In this document: positions 49,099-61,523 of the stretch, piece by piece | How positions within the stretch are numbered: position 1 is the first letter of the stretch | Layout: each line of letters opens with the position of its first letter | Assembly: GCA_002269645.1 (NCBI GenBank) | Contig: NIVC01003909.1 | Coordinates: forward strand, 1 to 64,000 | Reading direction: 5' to 3' | Source of the DNA: Macrostomum lignano | Lineage: Eukaryota | Length of the DNA: 64,000 nt | The notes under the pieces: generated by a model | Database searches by the model: none | Seen by the model: the letters and a program-made list of their open reading frames with translations, nothing else | Told to the model about the DNA's origin: nothing | Translations under genes and position numbers: made by a program

Positions 49099-49519
49099 TT
49101 ATCTGGTCCAGTATGGCAGGTGTATTAATTAATTATTAATATATTATTAATAGCTAACATCCAGTTCTAAATTAACATGGAAATGGCACTTTTGAATCGT
49201 TATGGCAATTTTAAAATAAAGGGATGAAATTAACATAGGGTGATTAGCTTGATAATTGGGCCATTATGGCCATTATGGGCCATTATCTCCAGGATCACCA
49301 TTGTAGTTTAAACATTATCCAAATTCCGGGCGCCCAATAAGCAAGGAGCAAAAATTATTCATGAAAATTCATTAAAAGCACATTTTCTTAAGAACCAATT
49401 CCTTCTTCACTTTTATCAATCATCATATTCGAATAAAACTGTCATGGACAAAGATGTTTGCTATGAATCTATTTTTTCTCAAAGTAAAAAGGCAACGAAT
49501 AAAGCCTTCACAAAGATAA

Positions 49520-50220
49520 CAGGCATTCCCCTAAATACCCTAAATAGAAAACATCCCCAAGACAGCAAGCACCCCTCCCCCTGATAGCAAGCATCCCCAG
49601 ATAGCAAGCATCCCCCGATAGCAAGCATCCCCCGACAGCAAGCATCCCCCGATAGCTAGCATCCCCCGATAGCAAGCCTCCCCAGATAGCTAGCATCCCC
49701 CGATAGCAAGTATCCACAGATAGCAAACATCCCCCGACAGCAAGCATCCCCCGATAGCAGGCATCCTCCCAGATAGCAAGCATCCCCAGATAGCAAGCAT
49801 CCTCCCAGATAGCAAGCCTCCCCAGATAGCAAGCATCCCCCGATAGCAAGCCTCCCCAGATAGCAAGCATCCCCCGATAGCAAGCCTCCCCAGATAGCAA
49901 GCATCCCCAGATAGCAAGCATCCCCAGATAGCAAGCATCCTCCCAGATAGCAAGCATCCCCAGATAGCAAGCATCCTCCCAGATAGCAAGCATCCTTAGA
50001 TAGCAAGCATCCTCTCAAATAGCAAGCATCCCCCCGATAGCAAGCATCACCAGACAGCAAGTATATTCTCCCAGATAGCAAGCATCCCCCGATAGCAAGC
50101 ATCCCCCCCGATAGCAAGCATCCCCAGATAGCAAGCATCCCCAGACAGCAAGCATCCCCAGACAGCAAGCATCCCCAGATAGCAAGCATCCCCAGATAGC
50201 AAGCATCCCCAGATAGCTAG
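49520..50220. repeat. 17-bp satellite (ccccagatagcaagcat), left part
   Basis: Tandem 17/18/20-bp variants; continues at 53098-53340 after the BEL/Pao insertion. Confidence 0.95.
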
Positions 50221-53097
50221 TGTCGGATTTCCATCCTCCAAATATTTGTACTTTCTATTTTGCAATTCAGACTCGTACTTTTCAGTTAGCCGTCTCCCTT
50301 CATCTACCATGCTCTTCCCCACAGACAATATCAACCGTTAATTCACCATAGATAATTATTCAGCCAACCTGTTCATTGTTGTTAGTATAAATAGAAGTTC
50401 AACTCGCGGCTACGGCCGGTGTTCTCGTCCTCTGCTCCTCCTTCCTTTCTGCACCACTTAAATCTCGTTCTATTAGTTTATTGTCTATTCGACAATTTTG
50501 GTAGCAGAGCGTGGTTACCATGGTCATCACACGATCGACAACTGACCAATCTGGCGACCATCAGCAGTCCCAGAACGACCACCTCTCAACCTCTACTGAA
50601 GCGACCACTGCCGCGGAGCAGCCGCCCGTCGAAGCCAGTGACCCGCCGCCAGCTGCTTCATCCGCCACGACATCCGCTCCTCTCGCTGCTACTTCCACAA
50701 CTCTGATCCCTGCAACAGCTCCCGCTGCCTCCGTCGACGTAAACGCCCTCATCGCCTCAATGACCGCGATGATGCAGCAGAACCAGCAGCTCATTCAGCA
50801 GCTCGCCGCCACTGTCCATCCAGCCTCGACACCAGTTGCCTCAACGCCCGCATCAGATGCTCACGATCCGGCCGGGCTCATCCGCTCCACCATTCTCAAG
50901 AACGTACATCTCCCGACCTTCGACGGTACGGACCCTGCTGCATTTCCGGGCTTCTGGGACGCCTTCGTCTACCGCGTTGACCGCTCCAGCCTCAACGACG
51001 TCGACAAATTCGAGGCGCTTCGCGGTCTGCTCTCCGGCTCCGCTCTCAAGAAGCTCGGTGCCCTCAATGCCTACCAACCCAACGCCTACGCCGAGGCCTG
51101 CCGTGTCCTCCAGGCCAACTACACCGACACACAGGAGCAAAAGAACGCCTCCTTCCAGCGTCTCCTCGCCCTTCACTGCAACTCTGCCTCCGACATAGAC
51201 GAGCTCGAGACCTACACCGACGCCCTCCGACTCGCTACCGGCCAGCTCCTCCGCCTTGGCGAGCCCGCCAGCACCATCGACGGCTACGTCTACGCCCTGT
51301 GGAGCCGCCTCCCGATCGAGCTGCAGAGTGAGATCCGCAACCTTCGTGCTGCCAACGGGCAGCCTCTCATGCCAACTATGACACAGCTCCAGTGCCACCT
51401 CGATTACAAGCTGAAGACGCTCAGAGCCGCTTCCGCTACCCCGCCGGCTGCGACCTTCGCTTCCGCCATCCTGGACAACGCCAGTTCCCAGCCGCCACAA
51501 GCCCGCAGCATCGGCAATCGCTTATCGTCGGACGCCTATCGACCTGACCCCGCTCCTTGCGCCGACATTAAATCTCGCCCAGCCGCGAAGTTAAGTTCCA
51601 CTGCCAGCCAAGAGCCCAAGACTTCTTGTCCCTGCAGCGACGCCAGTCAGCCTATCAGCCCTAACGTACCCGCCCAAGCGCTTCGACCGACTCTCAAAGC
51701 CTGCCCGACACCCTTCGGGGCCATCCTCGACGGCTCCCTTGATACCACAGCCTCTCGTCTCAACGGCTTCCTCGGCTCCTCGCAAGTGGTCATTGCGAAC
51801 ACTTTCCCTAACAACGATGGGCTCCACCTCGACCGACTTATGGACAGCATGTCCAACCTCGAAGCTCTCGGAACGGCAAAGGATGCTGAAAGGCCCGACG
51901 CCAGGAACGACAGACCCCAGGAACGCCTGCCCGACTCCATCATGCGCGATACCGACGTTCGAATCTCCGTCGACCTGCCATTCGAACCTGGAGCCGAGCT
52001 CCTACCTTCCAACTTTGGCCAGGCCTTCGGTCGTGCTCAAGCCACCCACCGCCGCCTCAGCCTTCCCGAGCGCGAGGCCTACTACGCCGAGTTCGAGAAG
52101 CGCAAGCAAGGTGTCCTGGAACGAGTCAGCCCTGGCCAGGTAGCTGGCCCAGTCATCCAGACTCTGCCGCACTTCCCAGTCATAAAGGGGAGCTCCAACA
52201 CGACGAAGATCCGCCCCGTCGTCGACGCTTCTACCAAGACCTCGCTCGCTGGCGCCACACTCAACGACCTCCTAGAGCCTGGGCCCAACCTGCTGACGTC
52301 AATGCTTCAAGTCCTTCTAGTTCACCGCGCTCACCAGTTCGGCATCTCATCTGACCTCAAGGCCGCCTTCTACCAGAAAGGCGTTCACGAACCTCACCGC
52401 GACGTCCTCTGCATAATCCTCCCGAAGTACATCACCAAGCCGCTAGTACAGGGCAGCTTCGAGCTCTGGCGCTTCACTCGCATCGTCATGGGCGCCTCTC
52501 CCAGAGCGTGGATTCTCCTGGCAGTCCTCCACAAGATATGCTTAGACGCAATTAACTCGGGAGATTCCGACCTCACCCAATCCGAGCTCGAGCGCATCAT
52601 TGGCAGCCTCTATGTCGACAACCTCGTCATCGGCGCTGACACCAAGGAAGATGCTGGCTGCCTGCCGGCTCGGCTTCCGGCCCGGCATTGTTACAACCTG
52701 ACTAAACAGTTGACCGCTTTCACGAACTAAACTCAATGCGCAAATACTCACTATTTAATCATTCTACTGTTTTTGCCGTTCAAAATCCCCTCTATCTATC
52801 GTTACCCGTTGGCCCCCCGAGCCTGTCGGATTTCCATCCTCCAAATATTTGTACTTTCTGTTTTGCAATTCAGACTCGTACTTTTCAGTTAGCCGTCTCC
52901 CTTCATCTACCATGCTCTTCCCCACAGACAATATCAACCGTTAATTCACCATAGATAATTATTCAGCCAACCTGTTCATTGTTGTTAGTATAAATAGAAG
53001 TTCAACTCGCGGCTACGGCCGGTGTTCTCGTCCTCTGCTCCTCCTTCCTTTCTGCACCACTTAAATCTCGTTCTATTAGTTTATTGTCTATTCGACA
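50221..53097 (+). mobile_element. Young internally deleted BEL/Pao LTR retrotransposon
   Basis: 274-bp LTRs at 50221-50494 and 52824-53097, with one difference seen and TG...CA ends. 5-bp TSD GCTAG. PBS TGGTAGCAGAGCGTGGTT (initiator tRNA-Met type). Single ORF with BEL-type Gag and partial RT. Confidence 0.92.
50520..52730 (+). CDS. BEL/Pao Gag + truncated RT fusion ORF
   Basis: LPTFDG...FPGFWDAF...DVDKFEALRGLLSGSA (DUF1759-type Gag). LPHFPVIK..NTTKIRPVVDAS, LNDLLEPGPNL, SDLKAAFYQ and LYVDN (Pao RT). No Gag zinc knuckles, RNase H or integrase core. Confidence 0.8.
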   Translation: MVITRSTTDQSGDHQQSQNDHLSTSTEATTAAEQPPVEASDPPPAASSATTSAPLAATSTTLIPATAPAASVDVNALIASMTAMMQQNQQLIQQLAATVHPASTPVASTPASDAHDPAGLIRSTILKNVHLPTFDGTDPAAFPGFWDAFVYRVDRSSLNDVDKFEALRGLLSGSALKKLGALNAYQPNAYAEACRVLQANYTDTQEQKNASFQRLLALHCNSASDIDELETYTDALRLATGQLLRLGEPASTIDGYVYALWSRLPIELQSEIRNLRAANGQPLMPTMTQLQCHLDYKLKTLRAASATPPAATFASAILDNASSQPPQARSIGNRLSSDAYRPDPAPCADIKSRPAAKLSSTASQEPKTSCPCSDASQPISPNVPAQALRPTLKACPTPFGAILDGSLDTTASRLNGFLGSSQVVIANTFPNNDGLHLDRLMDSMSNLEALGTAKDAERPDARNDRPQERLPDSIMRDTDVRISVDLPFEPGAELLPSNFGQAFGRAQATHRRLSLPEREAYYAEFEKRKQGVLERVSPGQVAGPVIQTLPHFPVIKGSSNTTKIRPVVDASTKTSLAGATLNDLLEPGPNLLTSMLQVLLVHRAHQFGISSDLKAAFYQKGVHEPHRDVLCIILPKYITKPLVQGSFELWRFTRIVMGASPRAWILLAVLHKICLDAINSGDSDLTQSELERIIGSLYVDNLVIGADTKEDAGCLPARLPARHCYNLTKQLTAFTN

Positions 53098-53340
53098 GCT
53101 AGCATCCCCAGATAGCAAGCATCCCCAGATAGCAAGCATCCCCAGATAGCAAGCATCCCCAGATAGCAAGCATCCCCCGATAGCAAGCATCCCCCGACAG
53201 CAAGCATCCCCAGATAGCAAGCATCCCCAGATAGCAAGCATCCCCAGATAGCAAGCATCCCCAGATAGCAAGCATCCCCAGATAGCAAGCATCCCCAGAT
53301 AGCAAGCATCCCCAGATAGCAAGCATGCACCCCCAGCAAG
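53098..53340. repeat. 17-bp satellite, right part
   Basis: Same unit as 49520-50220. Confidence 0.95.
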
Positions 53341-53761
53341 CTAGTGCAACAATTTCTTCAGCCAGTGCCATCATTATATTCTTATCTGCATGGTGAAAAA
53401 ATCTTTTTCTAAGCTAGTGCAACAATCATTTTCTTACATGTATCATGAAATGCAATAATCATGTTCAAATTTCAAATTTCAATAAATTTTCAATTTTAAT
53501 TTTCGAATTAACTACATGTAGCTTCTGACCTTAGCCGTGAAATTTCAGAAATTCCCCTCCCCGAGTCTTGACATTTCCCCAAGAGTCACAGCAAAGTTTC
53601 AATTGACGCTTCATTTGTTTTTCAAGACGCTTCTTTTTTATATGACGCTTCCTTTTCGTCTGACAAGACGCTTCTATTCTTTTTGCATGACCCTTCTGCT
53701 ATTTTTAAATGACGCTTCTTTTAGTCTTTTCGGCAATTCCACATGAGTCTTATGGTTGAAC

Positions 53762-53814
53762 CCCTAACCCTAACCCTAACCCTAACCCTAACCCTAACCC
53801 CTAACCCTAACCCT
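53762..53814. repeat. Interstitial telomeric repeat (CCCTAA)n
   Basis: About 9 units of CCCTAA with two CCCCTAA variants. Confidence 0.9.
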
Positions 53815-54985
53815 GCCAAGTCACAGCATTTCAGCAATTCCCTCCATAAACCACAGCATTTCAACAATTACCCAACGAACCTTGACAGTTCGTGAATTTC
53901 AGCTATTCTCTTATGAGCCTTTGAAATCGCAGCCATTCCCCCGTGAGCCTTAGCATCTCAGCAGTTCCCCCCTTAAGCATTTTTTCTCTCCTTGCACACT
54001 GCAGCCAGTATTGGGGCCTACACAGTGGCGCAAAGTTGTGGCGCAATCACTTTTGAAATTGGAATTCAGCCAGTCAAGAATTCAACCTGGTTTGGCCTCC
54101 CATTAAAAGCATTAGGAAAAGTCTTTTTTCGAATAGTTAATACATTTAGCATTGAAGCAGATTAAATAAATTTTTAACCATACAATACTTGGCTGATTTT
54201 TTTGGTGAAAACGCGATACCAATTGGTTGAGGCGTTCAGCCTGTGGAGCATTTTACACGGACAAACATGGGTTAGAGATTTAGTATATAGGTGCAGAATA
54301 CTTCAGAAAAATTAACACACGTATGTAAAAGGCTCTAAGAAAGGCAAACATATCAAAAGATGAGCGATGAGTCTGCCTCCTATTAAAGAAATAACAATTT
54401 TTGTGCTGAAAAAATGAAAACCTCCATTCTCCGCAGTGTATTTTTTCGGTAAAACCTGCCTCCTGAAAATCTCCAAGAAACATAGTTTCCGGTCCTTCTA
54501 CTTGAGCAGTCATTGGTTTTTAGATAGGCGAGCATGTAGACAGGTTTGATCTATGGTTTTGCTTCATAACTTTGAGCATACAGCCTGCACTACTATGAAT
54601 CAGCTGGACACTGAGACTTGGCTTTTGGTTTTTGGTGTACACTAATTCAAGCAATGTTGAGTCTAAATTCAGTCTTGCAAAACGATCACTTGATGATCGA
54701 AGTTTTCAAGCAAGAGTTTGCTCACTGTCACAGCAGCTGTTGCAGCAGAGATGGCCAGTGGTCTTGGATAGCTGACCTGTGATAATCGTTCTGGATACGT
54801 ACATGTATTTTCGAACAAAAATGAATTTGGAACGCGTAAAAATATTCTATTTGATTCACGCACTACTGTTGTAACATTGCAGTCTCATACTGGACTGGGC
54901 GATAGCGGAAGTATAAACAAACGCTTTGATTTTTTCCGCTTCGAGAAAGTTGCTCAAAACATCCAACTCGAGTTCTTTTTCAAGC

Positions 54986-56879
54986 ATGTCAGCAAAGAGC
55001 ATCATAGCCGCAGCAATCGCTGAGAGCAGTGCTCACGGCATCAGCAGGGCTGCGGGCCCCCGGTCGCTCGCACTGAAGGTCATGTGGACAATCTTGTTTA
55101 TGGTATTCCTGGCTCTGTGCTGCCGAAGTTCCTTTAGTATGTTTGAGAAGATCACTAAAATCTCAATTGATCAGACTTACGAAGCAGAGAAGGTACCGTT
55201 CGAGTTCCCGGACCTCTACCTGTGTCCGAGCCTGATCTACTCTGGCAGCATTCCCTACACTTTGAAGGAAAATGAGACCAAGATCGTAAATGAAGAGGTT
55301 GAGAGGCTGAACCGGCTCTACGACAGACTCTACTGCGCAAAGGAATCTACATTTTGTAAGGGATTTTACAGCACACTTCCCAGGGTGTCGCAGATACAGA
55401 TGTCGATGCCTGTGCAGATTCTTCAGAAGTACTTACTGCAGAGTAATCAGCAGGCGTTTCTTATTCATCCTGCCGTGATGCACTCCTCGCTGTCTCAGAG
55501 CAAGTTCGAATCTGCTATAGCGAAATTTCTCCATCCGAACAACAAGATTTGCTTCAAGGTGAACGTGCCGGAGGAGGAATACGATAACCTGAACTACAGG
55601 CGGTCGGTTGTGCTTGCCTGGCCGTTCGTAGACCCTCACAATTTCGATTTCAACTACGGAGGCGCGAGCATCAATCCGATTACCAATCCGTTCAACAACG
55701 AGAGCGTGCCGTTCGAGGACTGGCAGACAACAGACGGGTATTACGGCCTGTCCAGCCTGGGCTACAATCTGCAGGTGGTGCCCAGAGGCGCCTATCCTTC
55801 ACCGCTGCACGAGACCAAAGTGAGCCTGGCGGCAGGCAGGCAGTACGAGATCTCACTCGAAATGGAAGACAAAGAGTTTGGCTCAGAACTTCACGGAACG
55901 TACTGCAACCCGAGCCAAGCCAAGCCGGAGTTCCAGGACCAGCTGACCGGTGCACGGAAGGAGTACACGAACAGCCGAGGCGCCTGTTTCTTCATCCACA
56001 TGAGCACCCTGTTGGAAAACCGGTTCAAGGTTCTCTTCTCCCAGTACCCAAAGCCCTGGAAATGGAAGGACGTGCCCAGGATTGAAAACATGACGGAGAT
56101 CGCCATGAGCAACATATCAAAATTGAACGCGTCAACTGAAGAGGAGATGAAAGCTTTCATTGACAAGCACACTCAGCAGGTGATTGACCACTGCACGAAG
56201 CACCAGCCCTGCGAGTACAAGAAGTACATCGTGCAGGCCACTTCAATGAAATGGCCGAGATCGAGTAAGGGATTGGCCAGATTTTTACTGAAGTTTTTCG
56301 GTTCCCAAAGCGAGGCACTTGAAAAATGCTGCCCTGGGACAGTGCGCTTGATCGAACTGGCTGAGAATTTCTCATCAGGTGAGCTGCCCCGCATCTGCAC
56401 TTTGTGCTCGAAGAGCATTGTGAGATTTAATGTTTTAGGGAGGGCTTAGTGCTTGCAAGTTCAGGTGTCGCTAGGTCATCTTGTGATTCAATCTCGCCAA
56501 ATTTATTGACCAGAGCAAGCAGAGATAGCAGATATAACACCACAGAAAATCTACGGCACTTGCAGGCAGTCATTCGGGCCACACTGAGGCGGTCTTCCGC
56601 CACTATGTCTCCCAGTCCATGATCCAAGTGGAGATCTCGGTGAAGAGTCCCATGTCGCCGAAGATCACCATGGCCTACTCATACTCGTGGTCGGCCTTCC
56701 TGGCTGACATTGGCGGACTCCTCGGCCTGTACATCGGCTGCAGCCTGCTGACCCTGTGCGAGCTGCTGGAGCTGGCCTACCACCTTGTAATGGGCGCGGT
56801 GGCGTCTCCAGCCAAGCCCTACAGCTCCGCAGACAAGGATGCTGATGGAGAAGAGGAAATCGCTATGACGGCGGGGTGA
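54986..56879 (+). CDS. DEG/ENaC family ion channel, about 568 aa
   Basis: Exon 54986-56378 and exon 56566-56879 (phase-1 GT-AG intron). Pre-TM1 SAHGI motif, TM1 KVMWTILFMVFLAL, EFPDLYLCP, and pre-TM2/TM2 FLADIGGLLGLYIGCSLLTLCELLE with the G-x-S selectivity filter. Confidence 0.92.
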
Positions 56880-56949
56880 ATTCTGAGCGGACCGGCGACG
56901 AGCTGGCGGCTTGATGGGGGGCTGGACTTACTGAGCGGGGTTGCGGACT

Positions 56950-57545
56950 TGACTGGGTGACAGTGGACACAGTGGAATGGGTGACAGTGGACTGGGTGAC
57001 AGTGGACTGCGTGACAGTGGACTGGGTGACAGTGGACTGGGTGACATTGGACTGGGTGACAGTGGACTGGGTGACATTGGACTGGGTGACAGTGGACTGG
57101 GTGACAGTGGACTGGGTGACAGTGGACTGGGTGACATTGGACTGGGTGACAGTGGACTGGGTGACAGTGGACTGGGTGACAGTGGACTGGGTGACAGTGG
57201 ACTGGGTGACATTGGACTGGGTGACAGTGGACTGGGTGACAGTGGACTGGGTGACAGTGGACTGGGTGACAGTGGACTGGGTGACAGTTGAACTGGGTGG
57301 CAGTGGACACAGTGGAATGGGTGACAGTGGACTGGGTGATAATTGACTGGGTGACAATGGACAGTGGACTTGGTGACAGTGGACTGGGTGACAGTGGACT
57401 CGGTGATAATGGACTGGGTGACAATGGACAGTGGACTTGGTGACAGTGGACTGGGTGACAGTGGACTGGGCGGGTGACAATGGACTGGGAGACAATGGAC
57501 TGGGTGACAATGGACTGGGTGACAATGGACTGGGTGACAGTGGAC
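56950..57545. repeat. 15-bp minisatellite (gtgacagtggactgg)
   Basis: About 38 copies just downstream of the ENaC stop; explains the long low-complexity ORFs on both strands. Confidence 0.95.
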
Positions 57546-57549
57546 TGAC

Positions 57550-58626
57550 AGAACTCGATCACCGCCTCGCCTCGCCTTGCTTCAGAATCGCACCGACTCC
57601 GCTGCCGCTGGCATCCGTGAAGACTGAGAACTCCTTGGTGAAATCCGGGGTCACCAGGATCGGAGGACTAATTAGGCACCTTTTGAGCTTGTCGAAGGCT
57701 GCAGCCGTACGGCGATGGCAGCAAAGTTGGTTACGTGGCGTCGATATTGGTTACACAGGCCGATGAACTGATGCACCTCCTTGGCTGACCTCAGCTCTTT
57801 CCACTGCTGAATTGCCTCCAGCTTCTCTTGGCTGGGCTGGGCACCATCCTTTGTATATCGTGTGCCGAGAAAGGTCACTTCGGGTACCGTGATCTTGCAC
57901 TTGGAGCCTAAGGCCGGAGATGTTGCCGGAGATGATCCGACTTGGTCTTTGAGAAGCGCAGGCTGTCATCGAAGAACGTGAAGACAAATCGCAGCCGTTT
58001 AAAACTTTGATGGAACAGCAGAGCCTCTTGAGCATCTTTGTTGTCCACGGAGAAGCTTTTGAGCATCTTCTTTAACTCGTATGGATACATGCGTGGAGTG
58101 TCAGTCGACAAAATTTTCCTTGCTTTGAACGCCTCCTTGACGGCGAAGTGCTCGCGGTTCGGATGGAATGCATTATCCAATGCCTGGACTACTTTGTGGT
58201 AGTCTGCCTGATCTCCTGCCGACAGCTCCAAATATACGACGAGAGCCTCGCCGTCCAGAAATGTGGCCAGTCGCTCCGCTTTGCATGTGTCCCACTTGTT
58301 GACTTTTGCGCACACATTGAAACGCGCAGCCATTTCTTAAAGTTGCCGGTACTGAACACTCTGGGCAGCGCTGCACTGTCGGTCAAACCTTTCTCAGCCA
58401 TTCTAGAATAACCACGCTCTGCTACCAGTTGTAGACTAAGGCAGAGAGATGCGACTGAGAGTTGACGAAGCCTTTTGGCATTTATCAGATCGATACGCAG
58501 GTTAAATACGATACAACGATTGTTACATAACTGGGTATAAAAGATAGAGACAGAGGGTGAGTGGAAAGCACGTACATGCTGTACAATAGCAGCCCCCAAA
58601 CCCCGCTCTAGCGACTAGGGCATACA
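57550..58626 (-). mobile_element. Truncated Ty3/gypsy remnant (5' LTR, PBS, gag, RT/RH-junction fragment)
   Basis: Single 197-bp LTR candidate at 58430-58626 (TGTA...TACA). PBS TGGTAGCAGAGCGTGGTT at 58427-58410. Gag MAEKG...NFKKWL / RFNVCAKVNKW...LATFLDGEAL, and RT end TFLG...EKLEAIQQW..LRSAKEVHQFIGLCNQYRR. Large internal deletion and no 3' LTR. Confidence 0.8.
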
Positions 58627-61523
58627 AGTACACTTGCAACTCACTACACTACTCACTACAATAAGCAGCTCATATCGCCATATTCGCCATATTCGTTGCC
58701 TTCTATTGATAATCAAACGTGCATGTTGAAGGTGTTATAGCTATTTTTAGTAGTGCTCATTATTGCCAATCTATACTTTTGCCTTCCTTTTTAGTAATTG
58801 ACGCTTATTAAATAATGTCAAATAAAAACCGCATAGATTACTCATAAAAAACTTAGATTACTCTTTTTCTAATAAAATCTTACTTAAAAGTTTTGCTGAA
58901 AATCGTCCGCCATCGAAAATATACCTTGAAGAGACAACTCGCTCTCCAACTTCTTCGCCCGCTTATTCAGCCTTGCTGACTGGTGCCTGCAGCATTGAGG
59001 CCTTGATGAACGTTTTGTTCTAAAAATAGACTTGAGTCAGTGTTCGGTCTTCCTTTTCTATCCCAAGAACACGTTGTTCAATAAGGCGCCTATTTCCCGC
59101 GAACATTCCATTCGTTAGAAACGCGCTTCCTTCATTTCCCAGGACGTACAGCCCAACCTTGAGACTTCCTGCCAGCCCCTTTCTCCAGATGCACACTGGC
59201 TTATCAAGCTTTGCCTATCCCTGAACCCCCCTTTTTTGTTATTAAGCGCCCTGCCTCTTTACCCAATTCCCTATTAGACGTCCTACCCTCTATGCTACTC
59301 GTAGCATTCCCTATTAGCTATTAGAATTCCCCATTAGTGCGCCTCCGTTTCCCAGGCAACTTTGATCCACCGTGTAGCCCTTCTTCCTCCTTCCCCCGGA
59401 CTGAAGTTAGCTGCATAAATTTAGACAGTGTCTTGCCGCTCGGACACTTACACTCGGACACTACCCGGAGTAACTCCCCTGTTCTAAGAAACTCCCAAGT
59501 CCCGAGCAATATTTATTCCCTAAAACCCAATTGACCCTGCAACAAAATTAATAGTATCAATTGAGACCATCCCCCAGAACCGAAAGGACCGTAACAAAGG
59601 CAAATCCCAAAATTATCAGGCAAATCCACTGCTCACGGTTGCAGCAGTCACAAAACGCTGACTAAGCAAAAAGCTGAGAGTCTGCTTCACGCTGAAATCT
59701 CTCGAATCGATCAGGTTCGCTAATGGTAAAGCAGCTCATTTGCCATGCCATGTTGTTATTTTGTTTGTCCTCTCGAAGTTGCCATCTTTTTATGTTTGTG
59801 TTCTTAGTAGTTTAAGGCAATCTACTGTTAATAAAACAATCATTAGAAGAAAATATAATAGAAACACCATCTGCCCTGGCTTACCTCAGCAAAGTGTGCC
59901 ACTTTTTTGGTTGAATTATATTTTACCATGAAATCCGAAATCGACTGACCAAAAAAGGTCTTGGTCAGGAGAACGCTCTTAGTTTAGAATGGTAACACGA
60001 CTCAGAATGCAGCTTAAATTCAGCTGCATTGTACTCATATTTGTCACGAAAACGGTGGCACTAACTACTCGTAACTGGGGATGCAGCACACTCGGAATGC
60101 ACTGCTCATTGCACCATTTTGTCTACCAAGGCTGCAGTTCGTGAGGCTCACTCTCAGGTTACTGCCAAGCTGTTATTTCAGCAGGAAGACGTTTCTAGAT
60201 AAATGTTAGTAAAAATCCTATGTACTCAAGATACGAAAGTACATGTATAACGACGGTGCTGCAAAAGGACCGTAGCCCAGTAGTCTAGCGCGGCGCTCTG
60301 ATGTGCCAGCAGCCCAGGCTCGATTCGAAGTGCATTCAAATTAATTTGGGGCTGTGAAATTAATGCCCTTGAGGGCCAACCCCCCCCCAATGCACAGTGC
60401 AGTGTACATGCAGTCAGGGCCGCTGCACACTCCTGTGTGTGACTGTGCATACGGCTGCGTACGCATCCGCGCGCTTGTGTGCCTGCTCAGGGGAGTCGGC
60501 GGAATGGGCAGTAATGCCCCTCGCCGGTTGTAAGACAACGTCGCTTAAAGTGCGCCAGAGTGAACACAGCCCCTGTCTTTAATAGAAGATAAAAGAATAG
60601 CAAGTAAGAACGCTACATAAATCTCACAAATCTGATGGCCTGTCAAAAATGATGAGAAAAAAGCTACCGCCCGCATCCACTCAGACCATCTGGCGCGAGC
60701 CCTAACACTGAGTAAGGCGCAGGTGGCTGTCAGACCAGCTCACAAGCAATGATTTATGACCCCAAAAGTAGCGAAAACCGCGCCTATGTTATAATGACTA
60801 CAATTAAGTAGGCCAAAACCATATAGCTACAAAAATTCTACTAGTATGAATTCTAGGAAATTACATAAAAAGAAGAAAAATGCCCGTAGCCTGCTGTTAG
60901 TAGGCTAACAAGTTTGGAATCCATGTGCGAGTGTGAGATTTGAAAAAAAGTGCGCCCTCACCACAATTCTATTATGCTTAAATAAACTGCAGACTACTTG
61001 AATCAGTCAGTAGTGTGAAGCGCAAATATCCACGAAAGGGATGATGCGCGTCAATTTTCAATACAAACTTTATCGTTGAAGTCCCAAACTTTAACCCAAA
61101 GGCAGCGAGTGGTCCAAGTTTTTATTATTAAAGCTATAGTCCTTTATGGCTTTTAATCCCACTAATTATAGTTACACATGTGGCGCCTGTCTCCGCTGTC
61201 TGCGCTGGGCCACCACAGTTCTAATAATTGAGCAATTGCTGCCTGTTAAAACAATGCTTTGTGGGGCTCCCTACGATGCTTCAAATAGCGTCGCCGGCTG
61301 TGGCAGTCTGACTAGACGGAGATGAGGAGGGCAGCTTCCAAGCCTCATCCAACAGTTGCAGTTCACCACCACCCTCCCTCCGGACCCATAAAACTGTCAC
61401 AATGGCTCATAATCCATGTGCCTTTAGCTGCACGGGCTTGACGGGTTTGAATGTCTTCCAATGATTAATTAAAGCAATTTTTCGTTTCAATTTTTATACC
61501 CAGTTCTTTTGTCCGCACAGAAG

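Noticed and set aside
56819-57766. Long low-complexity ORFs over tandem repeats (also 12-254, 5594-6044, 14010-15783, 17841-18224, 49508-50334, 53002-53374)
   Set aside because: Open frames follow from repeat periodicity and appear in several frames and strands. Several lack true ATG starts, and no splice or promoter support was seen.
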